This document shows positions 39,553-49,721 of a stretch of 64,000 nt of DNA, piece by piece; position 1 is the stretch's first letter, and each line of letters begins with the position of its first letter. Below the pieces are notes generated by a model that saw only the letters and a program-made list of their open reading frames with translations, did not search any database and had not been told where the DNA came from. The translations under genes were made by a program, and so were the position numbers. The stretch comes from Actinomycetes bacterium (GTDB taxonomy: Bacteria; Actinomycetota; Actinomycetes; S36-B12), in NCBI GenBank assembly GCA_024639145.1, contig JAHEIZ010000002.1:155027-219026 (forward strand). Direction: 5' to 3'.

Positions 39553-41537
39553 TCACTGAGCACGATCAGCTAGCGCTGGTGCCGGGTAAGCCGGCACCAC
39601 GCAAGCGTGCCGTGCGGCCGCTGGCCGAGTCCTCGCCCATCGCGCACGTGCGCATCGACTCGTCAGTTCCTCATCTCGACAAGGTCTTCGACTACGAAGT
39701 CCCCGAGAGACTGTCGGCGACGGCAGTCCCCGGGGTGCGCGTGCGCGTGCGCTTCGCGGGCAGGCTGGTCGATGGGTTTATCGTTGATCGGGCTGAGTCC
39801 TCGTCGACAAGCGCGACACTGCGACCCATTGAGCGCGTCATCTCGCCAGAGGTGGTGCTCATTCCCGAGATCGAAGAGCTGGTCTCCGCTGTTGCCGATC
39901 GGTATGCGGGCACCTTCTCCGATGTCGTGCGGTCTGCCGTACCGCCACGCCATGCCCGCGCCGAGGCAGTCGCCTCGGCTCGGCGGTCCGACCGGGCCGT
40001 GAGTCTCTCGGATGCCGACATCGAGTGCTGGTCGAAGTACGCGCACGGTGCCACATTGCTCACGAGGCTTGCCGAGGGCCAGGTCTCGCGATGGGCGTGG
40101 AGCGCACGACCCGCGCACGGCTGGGCCCAGGACATCGCGGCACTCGTGCGCGCCGTGGCGTCCGATCCCGAGGCCGGAGTGCTGGTCGTCGTCCCCGACA
40201 AGAGGTCTATCGGGCTCGTGACCGCGCAACTCGCAACCGATATCGATGCCTCGGAGATCGCGGTCCTCGCCGCGGATGTCGGGCCCGAGCGCCGGTATCG
40301 CGAGTTCGTGCGCGTACTGCGCGGTGAGGCACGCATCGTCGTGGGCACGCGTTCTGCTGTCTTCGCTCCGGTCGTGAACCTGCGCCTGATCATCGTGTGG
40401 GACGACGCCGATGACTCGATGGTCGAGCCGCACTCTCCCTACTGGCATGCGCGCGACGTCGCCGTGATGCGCGCGCATCAGCAGTCATGCTCGCTGGCCA
40501 TCGGCTCGGCCTCGCGGAGCATCGCCACGCAGTCACTGTGCGAGTCGGGTTGGGCGCGCTCGATTGCGCCTCTGCGCAGTGCGATCAAGGCCGATGCGCC
40601 GGTGATCCGCGCATTGCAGCCGGGCGATGAGCGTCAGGACTCAGCAGCCGCTGTGGCGCGGATTCCGCATACGGCCTGGCTCGTCGCCAAGGAGGGGCTG
40701 CGTGACGGACCTGTCCTGATCCAGGTGCCGCGGCGCGGCCATACGCCGGCCTTGGCCTGTCAGGAATGCAGGCAACGGGCGGTCTGCGAGTGCGGGGGAC
40801 CCCTGGCACTTGCGAGCGGATCGACGATTCCCACATGCTCCTGGTGCGCTCGGCCAGTCGTGAGGTGGACCTGTCCGCACTGCCGCGGAACCTCTCTGCG
40901 TGCAGTCACGATCGGAGTGGAGCGCACAGCTGAGGAGTTCGGTCGGGCCTTCAGCGGTGCGCGCGTGCGCTGGTCTACGGGTGAGACTCCGCTTGCGAGT
41001 ATCGACGACTCGCCCGCCCTTATCGTCTCGACGCCGGGTGCCGAGCCGATCCCGCCGCGGGGCTACTCGGCTGTACTGCTGCTCGATGCACGGTCACAGC
41101 TCGAGCATCCGAGCCTGAACGCTGCGGAGGAGGCCTGTACCCGCTGGTTCACCGCTGCTGCCCTGGCCCGCCCCGGCGCGCACGTCGTGGTGACCGCGGA
41201 GAGCTCGACGCCTGCTGTGCAGGCACTCATCCGCTGGGATGCGCCGTGGTTCGCTGCGCATGAACTGGCGCAGCGCAGCGAGGCCGGCCTTCCACCGTCC
41301 GTGCGTATGGTGCAGCTGCGGGGAAGTGCGCACGACATAGTCGAGGTATCGGCCTCGATCACGGTGCCCCATCGTCTGCTCGGGCCCAATGGTGATGAGC
41401 GAGCATTTGTCGTGGTCTCGCGCGAGAACGGCCTTGCGCTCTCCCGGGAGCTGCGCGCCGTCAGCGCCACGCGAAGTGCGCGTCGTGATGCGGGGGTCGT
41501 GCAGGTCGTGTGCGATCCGCGCGACCTGAGCCTGTGA
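39549..41537 (+). CDS. priA: Primosomal protein N' (actinobacterial type, degenerate helicase motifs)
   Basis: HLDKVFDY...[12 protein letters not shown] 3'-DNA-binding domain, [11 protein letters not shown], Cys cluster [27 protein letters not shown]; metK-priA synteny. Confidence 0.92.
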
Positions 41538-41552
41538 CCCTAGACTCGTCCC

Positions 41553-42098
41553 ATGGCCGTCCAACCGATTCGCATCTTCGGCGATCCCGTGCTCCGCACC
41601 CCGGCGGCCCCCGTGGTGACATTCGACAAGGAACTTCGCAAGCTCGTGAAGGATCTCACCGAGACCATGCAGCATGCGCCGGGCGCCGGACTTGCCGCTC
41701 CGCAGATCGGCGTATCCCTGCGCGTCTTCACCTACTGGGTCGATGACGAGCTCGGCCACCTGTGCAACCCCGAACTCACGCTCTCCGACGACTACGAGGA
41801 GGGCGAGGAGGGCTGCCTGTCCCTGCCGGGCCTGTCCTTCGAGACACCGCGCGCGCGTCGGGTAGTGGCCCGCGGCATGAACATGCACGGCGAACCGGTC
41901 ATGATCGAGGGCTCCGACTTGATGGCCCGGTGCGTGCAGCACGAGACCGATCACCTCGATGGCATCATCTTCATCGATCGCCTCGATGCCGAGGCACGCA
42001 AGGAGGCCATGAAGGTCATCCGCTCGACCGAGTGGTTTGGCGATCACGCGCCCAAGGTGGCTTTCAGCCCGCATGGCATCACCTCCGGCTGGCTCTAG
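41553..42098 (+). CDS. def: Peptide deformylase
   Basis: GAGLAAPQIG, EGCLS, QHETDHLDG. Confidence 0.98.
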   Translation: MAVQPIRIFGDPVLRTPAAPVVTFDKELRKLVKDLTETMQHAPGAGLAAPQIGVSLRVFTYWVDDELGHLCNPELTLSDDYEEGEEGCLSLPGLSFETPRARRVVARGMNMHGEPVMIEGSDLMARCVQHETDHLDGIIFIDRLDAEARKEAMKVIRSTEWFGDHAPKVAFSPHGITSGWL

Positions 42099-42101
42099 CC
42101 G

Positions 42102-43028
42102 GTGCGTCTCGTCTTCGCCGGAACTCCCGATGTCGCGGCCATCAGTCTTCGCGCGCTGGTCGACTCTCGGCATGACGTGGCAGCAGTCATCACGCGTCCT
42201 GATGCGGCACGCGGTCGCGGTCGCGCGGTCGCACGAAGTGCGGTCGCCGAGGTCGCCGAGGAGTATGGCCTGCGCCTCCTCCAGCCCGAGTCGCCCAGGT
42301 CAACTGAGTTCCTCGGCGAACTGGCGGCGCTCGAGCCCGACTGCTGCCCGGTCGTGGCCTACGGCAACCTGCTCCCTGCCGCTGCCCTCGACATCCCTCG
42401 CCTCGGCTGGGTGAACCTGCACTTCTCCTTGCTGCCCGCCTGGCGGGGAGCAGCGCCCGTGCAATGGGCCGTCCGTCAAGGCGACGACCTCACCGGAGCG
42501 ACCACCTTCCTGCTCGACGAGGGCATGGACACCGGTCCTATCCTCGGCACGATGACCGAGCGAATCCGCGCTGACGACACTGCAGGCGACCTGCTGCTGC
42601 GACTCGCGCACGCCGGCTCGGGTCTGCTCGTCTCGACCCTCGATGCACTCGAGGACGGAACCCTGAATCCGGTTCCGCAGGCATCGGCGGGGATCAGCCA
42701 TGCGCCCAAGATCTCCGTCGACGACGCGCGCGTGGCCTGGACTGATCCCGCGATCGGGATCGACCGTCTCATTCGCTCGTGCACTCCTGCTCCTGGTGCC
42801 TGGACCACTCTCGGGGACGAGCGCGTGAAGCTGGGCCCCCTGCAGGTGCGTGACGATCTCGAGAACGTGCCCGCGGGCAGCATGCACGCAGGCAAGAGCG
42901 CGGTCATCGTCGGAACGGCCACGAGTCCGGTTGAGCTCGGCACCGTGCAGGCTGTCGGCAAGCGCCCGATGCCCGCAGCCGACTGGGCACGAGGTCTGCG
43001 CCTCGCCGGCGATGAGGTGTTCTCATGA
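42102..43028 (+). CDS. fmt: Methionyl-tRNA formyltransferase
   Basis: MRLVFAGTP, VVAYG, NLHFSLLPAWRGAAP, GMDTGP. Confidence 0.98.
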   Translation: MRLVFAGTPDVAAISLRALVDSRHDVAAVITRPDAARGRGRAVARSAVAEVAEEYGLRLLQPESPRSTEFLGELAALEPDCCPVVAYGNLLPAAALDIPRLGWVNLHFSLLPAWRGAAPVQWAVRQGDDLTGATTFLLDEGMDTGPILGTMTERIRADDTAGDLLLRLAHAGSGLLVSTLDALEDGTLNPVPQASAGISHAPKISVDDARVAWTDPAIGIDRLIRSCTPAPGAWTTLGDERVKLGPLQVRDDLENVPAGSMHAGKSAVIVGTATSPVELGTVQAVGKRPMPAADWARGLRLAGDEVFS

Positions 43029-44377
43029 CACGCGTCGATGCGCCGCGTCGTGCGGCACTGCAGATCCTCCGCGAGGTGCGCTCCAACGGCGCCTACGCGA
43101 ACATCGCGGCGACCACCGTGCTCGCCGACTTCGGATTGCACGGCAAGGATGCCGCCTTCACCACCGAGCTCGCCTTCGGCACCCTGCGACTGCAGGGCTG
43201 GTATGACCTCGTGCTCGCGGCGTGCATCTCCCGTGATTGGAACGATGTCCAGAACGATCTGAAGGACATCCTGCGCATGGGTGCGCATCAGCTGCTCGAT
43301 ATGCGAGTTCCCGACCATGCGGCCGTCGACACCTCGTGCGAGCTGGCGCGTGACGCGGGTGAGCCCGGCGGGGCGAAGGGTCGAGCCGGCTTCGTCAATG
43401 CCGTGCTGCGCAAGGTCTCGGCGCGCGACACCGATCAGTGGTGCACGCACTTGAAACTGGATGGCGATGACCTACGCAGCCTCGCGGCACGCACGTCGCA
43501 TCCCGAGTGGGTGGCCCGTGCACTCGCCGATTCACTGGGAGTTAGGCGTGATGAGATCGGCGAGCTGCTCGAGGCCGACAACGCCCCTGCGCGCCCTGTC
43601 CTCGTGGCGCGCCCGGGTCGTCTCGATGTGGCCGAGTTGCTCGCGATGGACGATGTCGAGCCCGCGCCATTGTCACCGCTCGCCGGCGTGCTGACCAAGG
43701 GCGCGCCGGGTGATCTTCCCGATGTGCGCAGCGGAGTCATCGGCGTGCAGGACGAGGGCAGTCAGCTCGTCGCCCTGGCTCTCGCTCGTGCGTCGATCGA
43801 CGGTCCGGAGACTGCCTGGCTCGATATGTGCGCCGGCCCTGGCGGCAAGGCGGCGATCCTCGAGGGCCTCGCCCTCGAGTGTGATGCCAATCTGACCGCA
43901 GTCGAGCAGCATCGTCATCGTGCCGATCTCGTCGCGCACTCACTGCACAGCTCGCGCTCGCATGTAATCACCGGCGATGCGACCACGAAACCGTGGGGTA
44001 CCGAGCTCTTCGATCGCGTGCTTGTCGACGTTCCCTGCACCGGTCTCGGCGCCCTGCGTCGTCGTCCCGAGTCGCGCTGGCGTCGCACGCCCGAGGATCT
44101 CGCCGCCCTCGCGCCGGTCCAGCGCCAGCTCCTCAACATCGCCATCGACTCGACTCGATCCGGTGGAGTGATCGGCTACGTCACCTGCTCTCCTCATTTG
44201 GCCGAGACCGAGTTCGTGGTCTCCGACGTGCTGCGTCGGCGCGATGACGTCGTTCAGGAGGATGCCCGAGCGCTGCTGCCCGAGGTGACCGACTGCGGCG
44301 ATGGTCCGGCTGTTCAGCTCTGGCCGCATCGGCATGGAACCGACGCAATGTTCCTCGCCATCCTGCGCAAGAAGTAG
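43025..44377 (+). CDS. rsmB: 16S rRNA m5C methyltransferase (RsmB/Sun/Fmu)
   Basis: NusB-like N-terminus, VQDEGSQL, DMCAGPGGK, LVDVPCTGLG, YVTCS. Confidence 0.95.
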   Translation: MTRVDAPRRAALQILREVRSNGAYANIAATTVLADFGLHGKDAAFTTELAFGTLRLQGWYDLVLAACISRDWNDVQNDLKDILRMGAHQLLDMRVPDHAAVDTSCELARDAGEPGGAKGRAGFVNAVLRKVSARDTDQWCTHLKLDGDDLRSLAARTSHPEWVARALADSLGVRRDEIGELLEADNAPARPVLVARPGRLDVAELLAMDDVEPAPLSPLAGVLTKGAPGDLPDVRSGVIGVQDEGSQLVALALARASIDGPETAWLDMCAGPGGKAAILEGLALECDANLTAVEQHRHRADLVAHSLHSSRSHVITGDATTKPWGTELFDRVLVDVPCTGLGALRRRPESRWRRTPEDLAALAPVQRQLLNIAIDSTRSGGVIGYVTCSPHLAETEFVVSDVLRRRDDVVQEDARALLPEVTDCGDGPAVQLWPHRHGTDAMFLAILRKK

Positions 44378-44386
44378 ATTCGCGGC

Positions 44387-45364
44387 GTGAGCCCCCGACC
44401 TTCTGTGCGCACTGCGGCCTCGCCCGAGCATCTGCGACTGCTCGCGAAGGTGGCCCGCCTCTACTTTGAGTCGGGGCTGAAGCAACGCGAGATCTGCGAG
44501 GCACTGCACATCTCGCAGCCGCGCGTCTCGCGCCTGCTGAAGGAGGCGCAGGAACGCGGCATCGTGCGCTCGATCGTCGAGGTGCCCGAGGGCCTGCACA
44601 TCGACCTCGAGGAGCGCATCGCGCTCGCATACGGTCTGGCCGACGTGATGATCGTCGACAGTGATGACGGGCGCAGCGACATGACAGCTGCCCTGGGCGG
44701 TGCGACCGCCGCGTACCTCGAGGCGACCTTGACCGGCGGCGATGTCATCGGCATCTCGACCTGGAGCTCAACCTTGCTCGCCGCAGTCGATCGCATGCGC
44801 GTGCGCACCAGTCCGGTGGCCGAGCGCGTGATCCAGATGTTCGGCGGCGTCGGCAATCCCGACGTCCAGATGGAGGCGACGCGGCTTACCTCGCGACTGG
44901 CTGAGCTCACGGGTGCCCGGCCGGTCTTCATGCCCTGCCCCGCCGTGGTCTCGGATGCCTCGATTGCGTCAGCGCTGTCGAAGGACGCCGGCGTGCGCGC
45001 CGTGGCCGAGCAGTGGGACGACATCACGGTCTCGCTCGTCGGCATCGGCAGTCTCGAGCCTTCCCCTCTGCTCGCGCGCAGCGGCAATGCCATCGGTGCC
45101 ATCGAACTCGATGCCCTCCGCGCGCGCGGGGCAGTGGGCGATATCGCCCTGCGGTACTTCGGAGCCGACGGGAGCGAAATCAGCACCGATCTCGATCCGC
45201 GCGTCATCGGCATGTCCGGAGTGCAGCTCAGGTCGGTGCCGCGGCGCATCGCCCTGGCCGGGGGCGCTCACAAGGCAGCGGCGATTCGGGCTGCCCTGCT
45301 CGGCGGCTGGGTGACGGTACTGATCACCGACACGCAGGTGGCTGCGCAGTTGCTTGACCGCTAG
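44387..45364 (+). CDS. SorC/DeoR-family sugar-binding transcriptional regulator
   Basis: KVARLYFESGLKQREICEALHISQPRVSRLL HTH; GAVGDI, IALAGGAHKAAAIRAALLGGWVTVLITD sugar-binding domain. Confidence 0.93.
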   Translation: MSPRPSVRTAASPEHLRLLAKVARLYFESGLKQREICEALHISQPRVSRLLKEAQERGIVRSIVEVPEGLHIDLEERIALAYGLADVMIVDSDDGRSDMTAALGGATAAYLEATLTGGDVIGISTWSSTLLAAVDRMRVRTSPVAERVIQMFGGVGNPDVQMEATRLTSRLAELTGARPVFMPCPAVVSDASIASALSKDAGVRAVAEQWDDITVSLVGIGSLEPSPLLARSGNAIGAIELDALRARGAVGDIALRYFGADGSEISTDLDPRVIGMSGVQLRSVPRRIALAGGAHKAAAIRAALLGGWVTVLITDTQVAAQLLDR

Positions 45365-45382
45365 GACCCGACAGGGGAGAAT

Positions 45383-45416
45383 GTGAACATATATTCGCTA
45401 ATGAATGGATATTCAT
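45383..45416 (+). promoter_or_regulatory. Candidate tandem operator for the SorC-family regulator
   Basis: AT-rich island with GTGAAC-ATAT-ATTCGC (45383-45398) and perfect ATGAAT-GGAT-ATTCAT (45401-45416) directly before ATG 45418. Confidence 0.65.
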
Positions 45417-45417
45417 C

Positions 45418-46263
45418 ATGACCTCCGACTGGTGGCAGCGCCTGCACGCTGCCGGCCCGGCCAGTACCGCGGATATCGCGGACTTCGCCGCCGAAATCCG
45501 GCGCACGACGCTCGTGACCATCAACCGCGCGGGACTGGGTCATATCGGCGGCGACTACTCGGTCACCGACATCCTCTCGACCCTCTACGGCCGTGTGCTG
45601 CGCGTGGATCCCGCGAACCCCGACTGGGCTGATCGTGATCGCTTCATCCTGAGCAAGGGACATGCCGCAGTCTCCCTGTATTCCACGCTGGCGCTCTCCG
45701 GCTTCTTCCCGCTCGAGTGGCTCGAGACCTTCACCGGCCCGCTGTCCGCCCTCAACGGCCACCCAAACCGCAACAAGGTTCCCGGTGTCGAGACCAACAC
45801 CGGCCCGCTCGGGCACGGCTTTCCGGTAGCGCTGGGATGCGCCCTCGCGGCCGAGCTGCAGGGGAGTGATCGACGCTCCTATGTCGTCATCGGCGACGGC
45901 GAGCTCCAGGAAGGGAGCAACTGGGAGGCCTTTATGTTCGGCGGTCACCGCCGACTCACCAACCTCACAGCGATCATCGATCGCAACCGACTCCAGCAGG
46001 GTGACCGTACCGAGAACACCAACTCCCTCGATCCGCTCGATGCCAAGGTCGAGGCCTTCGGCTGGGAGGCTCGCGTGATCGACGGTCATGACCTCGAGGC
46101 ACTGCACTCAGCGCTGACTGCACCCTCTGATCGCCCGGTGGCCGTGATCGCCGAGACCACCAAGGGCAAGGGCGTCTCGTTCATCGAGGATCGCGCCGAA
46201 TGGCATCACAAGGTCCCCAGCGCAGAGCAGGTCGCGCTCGCACTCGAGGAGCTGAGCCGATGA
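45418..46263 (+). CDS. aptA: Split transketolase, N-terminal subunit (probable apulose-4-phosphate transketolase A)
   Basis: GHIGGDYS, DRFILSKGH, NTGPLGHG, ThDP motif GDGELQEG...DRN; specificity inferred from operon context. Confidence 0.75.
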   Translation: MTSDWWQRLHAAGPASTADIADFAAEIRRTTLVTINRAGLGHIGGDYSVTDILSTLYGRVLRVDPANPDWADRDRFILSKGHAAVSLYSTLALSGFFPLEWLETFTGPLSALNGHPNRNKVPGVETNTGPLGHGFPVALGCALAAELQGSDRRSYVVIGDGELQEGSNWEAFMFGGHRRLTNLTAIIDRNRLQQGDRTENTNSLDPLDAKVEAFGWEARVIDGHDLEALHSALTAPSDRPVAVIAETTKGKGVSFIEDRAEWHHKVPSAEQVALALEELSR

Positions 46264-47201
46264 GCACCGTCCTGACCGACTGCCGCGTTCCCTTCGCCCA
46301 TGAGCTCATCGAGCTCGCCCGCGCCGATGAGCGCATCGTCGCGGTCTGCAATGACTCCGTGAGCTCGAGCAACCTCGGCGAGTTCCGCTCGCTCTTCCCC
46401 GAGCGCATGTTCAATGTCGGCATCGCCGAGCAGAACATGGTCGGCGTCGCCGCGGGCCTGGCCAACGCCGGCCTGATTCCGTTCGTGTGCGCGGCCTCGC
46501 CGTTCCTGACCGGGCGCGCGACAGAGCAGATCAAGGCGGATGTCGCCTACAGTCGCGCGAACGTCAAGCTCGTGGGCATGAGCCCGGGCGTCAGCTACGG
46601 AGAGCTCGGCCCCACTCATCACTCGATCGAGGACATCGCCTGGATGCGGGCCCTCGACGGCCTGCCTATCGTCACCCCTGCCGACGACGAGCAGACACGC
46701 GAGGCCGTGCGATGGGCCGCCGGTCATGTCGGGGGCGTGTTCTTGCGCATCGGTCGCTTCAAGGTGCCCTCGGTATCCGGGGGACAGAGCCCGGCTTTCG
46801 CCTTCGGGCAGTCGAATGCGGTGCGCGCCGGCACCGACGTCACGATCATTGCGAGCGGCGTCACCGTCTCGCGTGCGCTGGCTGCGGCGGAACTCCTCGC
46901 TGACCAGACGGTGTCCGCACGCGTGCTCAACATCTCGACGATTGTGCCCCTCGATGCCGCTGCGGTGATCGCCGCAGCGCGCGAGACGGGTCGCATCGTC
47001 GTCGCGGAGGAGTCCGTCTCGCGCGGAGGTCTCGGCGGAGCCGTCGCCGAGCTGCTCGCGGAGTCGAATCCGGTGCCCATGCGACTGCTCGGAGTGAACT
47101 CGTTCGCTCCCACGGGGTCCGTCGAGTTCCTGCTCGATCATTTCGGCCTGTCGCCTGAGGGCATCGCCGCGGCCGCTCGCGAACTGGTCGGGCGTGCCTG
47201 A
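46260..47201 (+). CDS. aptB: Split transketolase, C-terminal subunit (probable apulose-4-phosphate transketolase B)
   Basis: NVGIAEQNMVGVAAGLA, GPTHHSIED, GGLGGAVAE; ATGA overlap with the N-terminal subunit. Confidence 0.75.
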   Translation: MSTVLTDCRVPFAHELIELARADERIVAVCNDSVSSSNLGEFRSLFPERMFNVGIAEQNMVGVAAGLANAGLIPFVCAASPFLTGRATEQIKADVAYSRANVKLVGMSPGVSYGELGPTHHSIEDIAWMRALDGLPIVTPADDEQTREAVRWAAGHVGGVFLRIGRFKVPSVSGGQSPAFAFGQSNAVRAGTDVTIIASGVTVSRALAAAELLADQTVSARVLNISTIVPLDAAAVIAAARETGRIVVAEESVSRGGLGGAVAELLAESNPVPMRLLGVNSFAPTGSVEFLLDHFGLSPEGIAAAARELVGRA

Positions 47202-48648
47202 GCGATTCGTCCTGGCCATCGACCAGGGCACGAGCTCGACGAAGGTCATCGCGGTGGCCGTCGACGGACGCGTGCTGGCACGAGGCACGGCCTCGCTCGA
47301 CCTGAGCACTCCGCAGCCGGGATGGGTTGAGCAGTCGCCGCAGGGTGTTCTCGAGAGCGTGCGTGCGGCCATCATCGACCTGTCACGACAGATCGATCTC
47401 TCGGCCGCCACCTGCATCGGCATCAGCAATCAGCGCGAGTCGCTCGTGCTGTGGGAGCGCGAGACCGGTCTGCCCGTCTCGCCGGTGATCAGTTGGCAGG
47501 ACCGACGCACCACCGCACTCCTCGATGAGCTCACCTGGGCGGGCGACGAGGTGCGCGCGATCAGCGGACTTCCGCTCGATCCGATGTTCTCCGCCCTCAA
47601 GGCGCGTTGGCTGCTCGATGCCCATGATCCGACTCGTGCGCGATCCGAGGCAGGCGAGCTCGTGCTCGGCACAGTCGACTCCTGGCTGCTGCACGGCCTG
47701 ACCGGCGAGATCGCGATCGAGTCCGGCAACGCCTCGCGCACATCTCTCGTCGATCTCGCCACGGGAGACTGGAGCCCTCGGCTGCTCGAGATCTTCGGCA
47801 TTCCGCGCGCGGCATTGCCGACCATTCGCGACTCGGTGGGTGTCGTCGGCGAGGTCAGGGGATTCAGCCCGCTACCCGACGGCCTCCCCGTCAGTGGAGT
47901 CCTCGGTGACTCCCATGCCGCCCTGTTCTCGCACGCCGGCTGGCGTCCGGGCGTTGCCAAGGCCACCTACGGCACGGGTAGCTCGGTCATGGCGTTGAGC
48001 GCGGAACCGGCCGATTCCGACACCGGACTGTGCCGCACCATCGCCTGGCGCCTGCCCGGCGAGGGCCCGGCCCTGGCCTGGGAGGCCAACATCCTGGCGG
48101 CCGGCGCGACCCTTGCGTGGCTTGCGGGCATCCTCGGCAGCACGCCTGCCGAGCTCGCCGAGGAGGCCTCGGACAGCGCCGAGGGCGTTGTGATGATTCC
48201 CGGCTTCAACGGCCTCGCCGCGCCCTGGTGGGACGCGGAGGCCCAGGCCCTGCTCAGCGGACTGTCGCTCTCCACGGGAAGGGCGCAGCTCGCACGTGCC
48301 GCACTCGACTCCATCGTCTTCCAGGTCTGCGACGTCATCGCGGCGATGCGCGATGCCCGTTGCCTGCCGCTGAGGCTCATCGCCGACGGGGGCATTTCCG
48401 CTAATGCCGAGGTCATGAGACGCCAGTCGGCGCTCTGCGATGTCACCGTCGCGGTGAGCCCTGTCGCCGAGGCATCGGCGTTGGGTGCGGCGCATGCGGC
48501 CGGGCTGGGTATCGGTTTCTGGGATCTCGCGGCACTCGAGTCCTTGCCGCGAGAGTATCGGGAGTATCACGAGTCGATCTCTCCCGAGACTCGCTCCGAA
48601 CTGTTCCACGACTGGCACCAGGCGCTCGCCCTGGCGCAGTCGCGCTAG
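47194..48648 (+). CDS. aplK: FGGY-family carbohydrate kinase (probable apulose kinase)
   Basis: LAIDQGTSSTK, NQRES, WQDRRT, NASRT; GDSHAAL and TYGTGSS differ from glycerol kinase GDQQ and TGCF. Confidence 0.7.
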   Translation: MPERFVLAIDQGTSSTKVIAVAVDGRVLARGTASLDLSTPQPGWVEQSPQGVLESVRAAIIDLSRQIDLSAATCIGISNQRESLVLWERETGLPVSPVISWQDRRTTALLDELTWAGDEVRAISGLPLDPMFSALKARWLLDAHDPTRARSEAGELVLGTVDSWLLHGLTGEIAIESGNASRTSLVDLATGDWSPRLLEIFGIPRAALPTIRDSVGVVGEVRGFSPLPDGLPVSGVLGDSHAALFSHAGWRPGVAKATYGTGSSVMALSAEPADSDTGLCRTIAWRLPGEGPALAWEANILAAGATLAWLAGILGSTPAELAEEASDSAEGVVMIPGFNGLAAPWWDAEAQALLSGLSLSTGRAQLARAALDSIVFQVCDVIAAMRDARCLPLRLIADGGISANAEVMRRQSALCDVTVAVSPVAEASALGAAHAAGLGIGFWDLAALESLPREYREYHESISPETRSELFHDWHQALALAQSR

Positions 48649-48705
48649 GCACGCACCGCACCTTGCACGATCCTTCGCACGATGACTACCGAGACAGGAC
48701 ATGAC

Positions 48706-49695
48706 ATGACCAAGCCCTTCGAGTTCGGCACCGGCATCTGGGCCTTCGGCCAGTTCGTCGACAGGTACGCAGCGGACGGCTACGGGCCGGCGCGCACGAC
48801 TCGTGACATGCTCGAGACTGCAGCGAAGGTTCCCGATCTCGTTCATCTGGACATCAACGTGCCGTTCGCCACTGAGGGACTGCCGGCCATCGAAGTGCGC
48901 ACCATGCTCGATGACCTCGGCCTCAAGTGCCGCGCGACGACTCCGCACATCTACATGCGCGAGTACGCCAAGGGTGCCTTCACGAATCCTGATGCGGCCA
49001 CGCGAGGCAAGGTTCGTGCGCGCGTCGAGGAGGCCATCGAGGCGGCCCGCGTTCTGGGTGCGAGCTTCGTGAAGTTCTGGCCGGGCCAGGACGGCTACGA
49101 CTACCCGGGTCAGGCTGACTACATGCAGCTGTGGGACTACACGATCGACGGCATCCGCGAAATCTGCAGCGCCCACCCGGACATGCAGTTCGCAATCGAG
49201 TACAAGCCAAAGGAACCGCGCGTTCGCATGACTCTCGCGAATGCGCCGAAGACACTCCTCGCCATCCAGGAGACCGGCTGCGACAACCTCGGAATCGTCA
49301 TGGACTTCGGTCACTCGCTCGATGCGGGTGAGTCCCCGACCGAGTCGCTCATGATGATCCACCGCTACGGCAAGCTCGTCTCCGCCGAGCTCAATGACAA
49401 CTGGCGCGAGTGGGATGACGATCTTCCTGTGGCCTCCGTGCACCTGTTCGAGACCATGGAGTACATCCTCGCGCTGCGCTCGATCGGCTGGGAGAAGCCC
49501 GTCCTGCTCGACCAGTTCCCGTTCCGCGAGGATCCCGTCGGTGCGATCAGTCGGTCGATCAAGACGATCCAGATGCTCGACGAGGTATGTGCGCGCATCA
49601 ATCTCGCCGAGCTCGCGGCCGCGCAGTCGGCCCAGGACGCCCTGGCGGCCCAGGCCATCTTCTGGAATGCCCTGCTCGACTCGAAGCGATTCTGA
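48706..49695 (+). CDS. apsI: Xylose-isomerase-like TIM-barrel sugar isomerase (probable D-apiose isomerase)
   Basis: DRYAADGYGP, GAFTNPD, WPGQDG, EYKPKEPR, DFGH, NDN...DDDL, LDQFPFRE resemble the Pectobacterium ApsI sequence as recalled; SD AGGA before ATG 48706. Confidence 0.78.
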   Translation: MTKPFEFGTGIWAFGQFVDRYAADGYGPARTTRDMLETAAKVPDLVHLDINVPFATEGLPAIEVRTMLDDLGLKCRATTPHIYMREYAKGAFTNPDAATRGKVRARVEEAIEAARVLGASFVKFWPGQDGYDYPGQADYMQLWDYTIDGIREICSAHPDMQFAIEYKPKEPRVRMTLANAPKTLLAIQETGCDNLGIVMDFGHSLDAGESPTESLMMIHRYGKLVSAELNDNWREWDDDLPVASVHLFETMEYILALRSIGWEKPVLLDQFPFREDPVGAISRSIKTIQMLDEVCARINLAELAAAQSAQDALAAQAIFWNALLDSKRF

Positions 49696-49721
49696 TCCGA
49701 GCGTCGCAGTAGCCTGTCGCC

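Noticed and set aside
47194-48648. Calling the kinase glpK
   Set aside because: Glycerol-kinase motifs are altered (GDSH, TGSS, DPMFS) and there is no glpF/glpD context.
48706-49695. Calling the isomerase xylA
   Set aside because: Only about 329 aa, lacks the XylA N-terminal signature, and its neighbours are not xylB-type.
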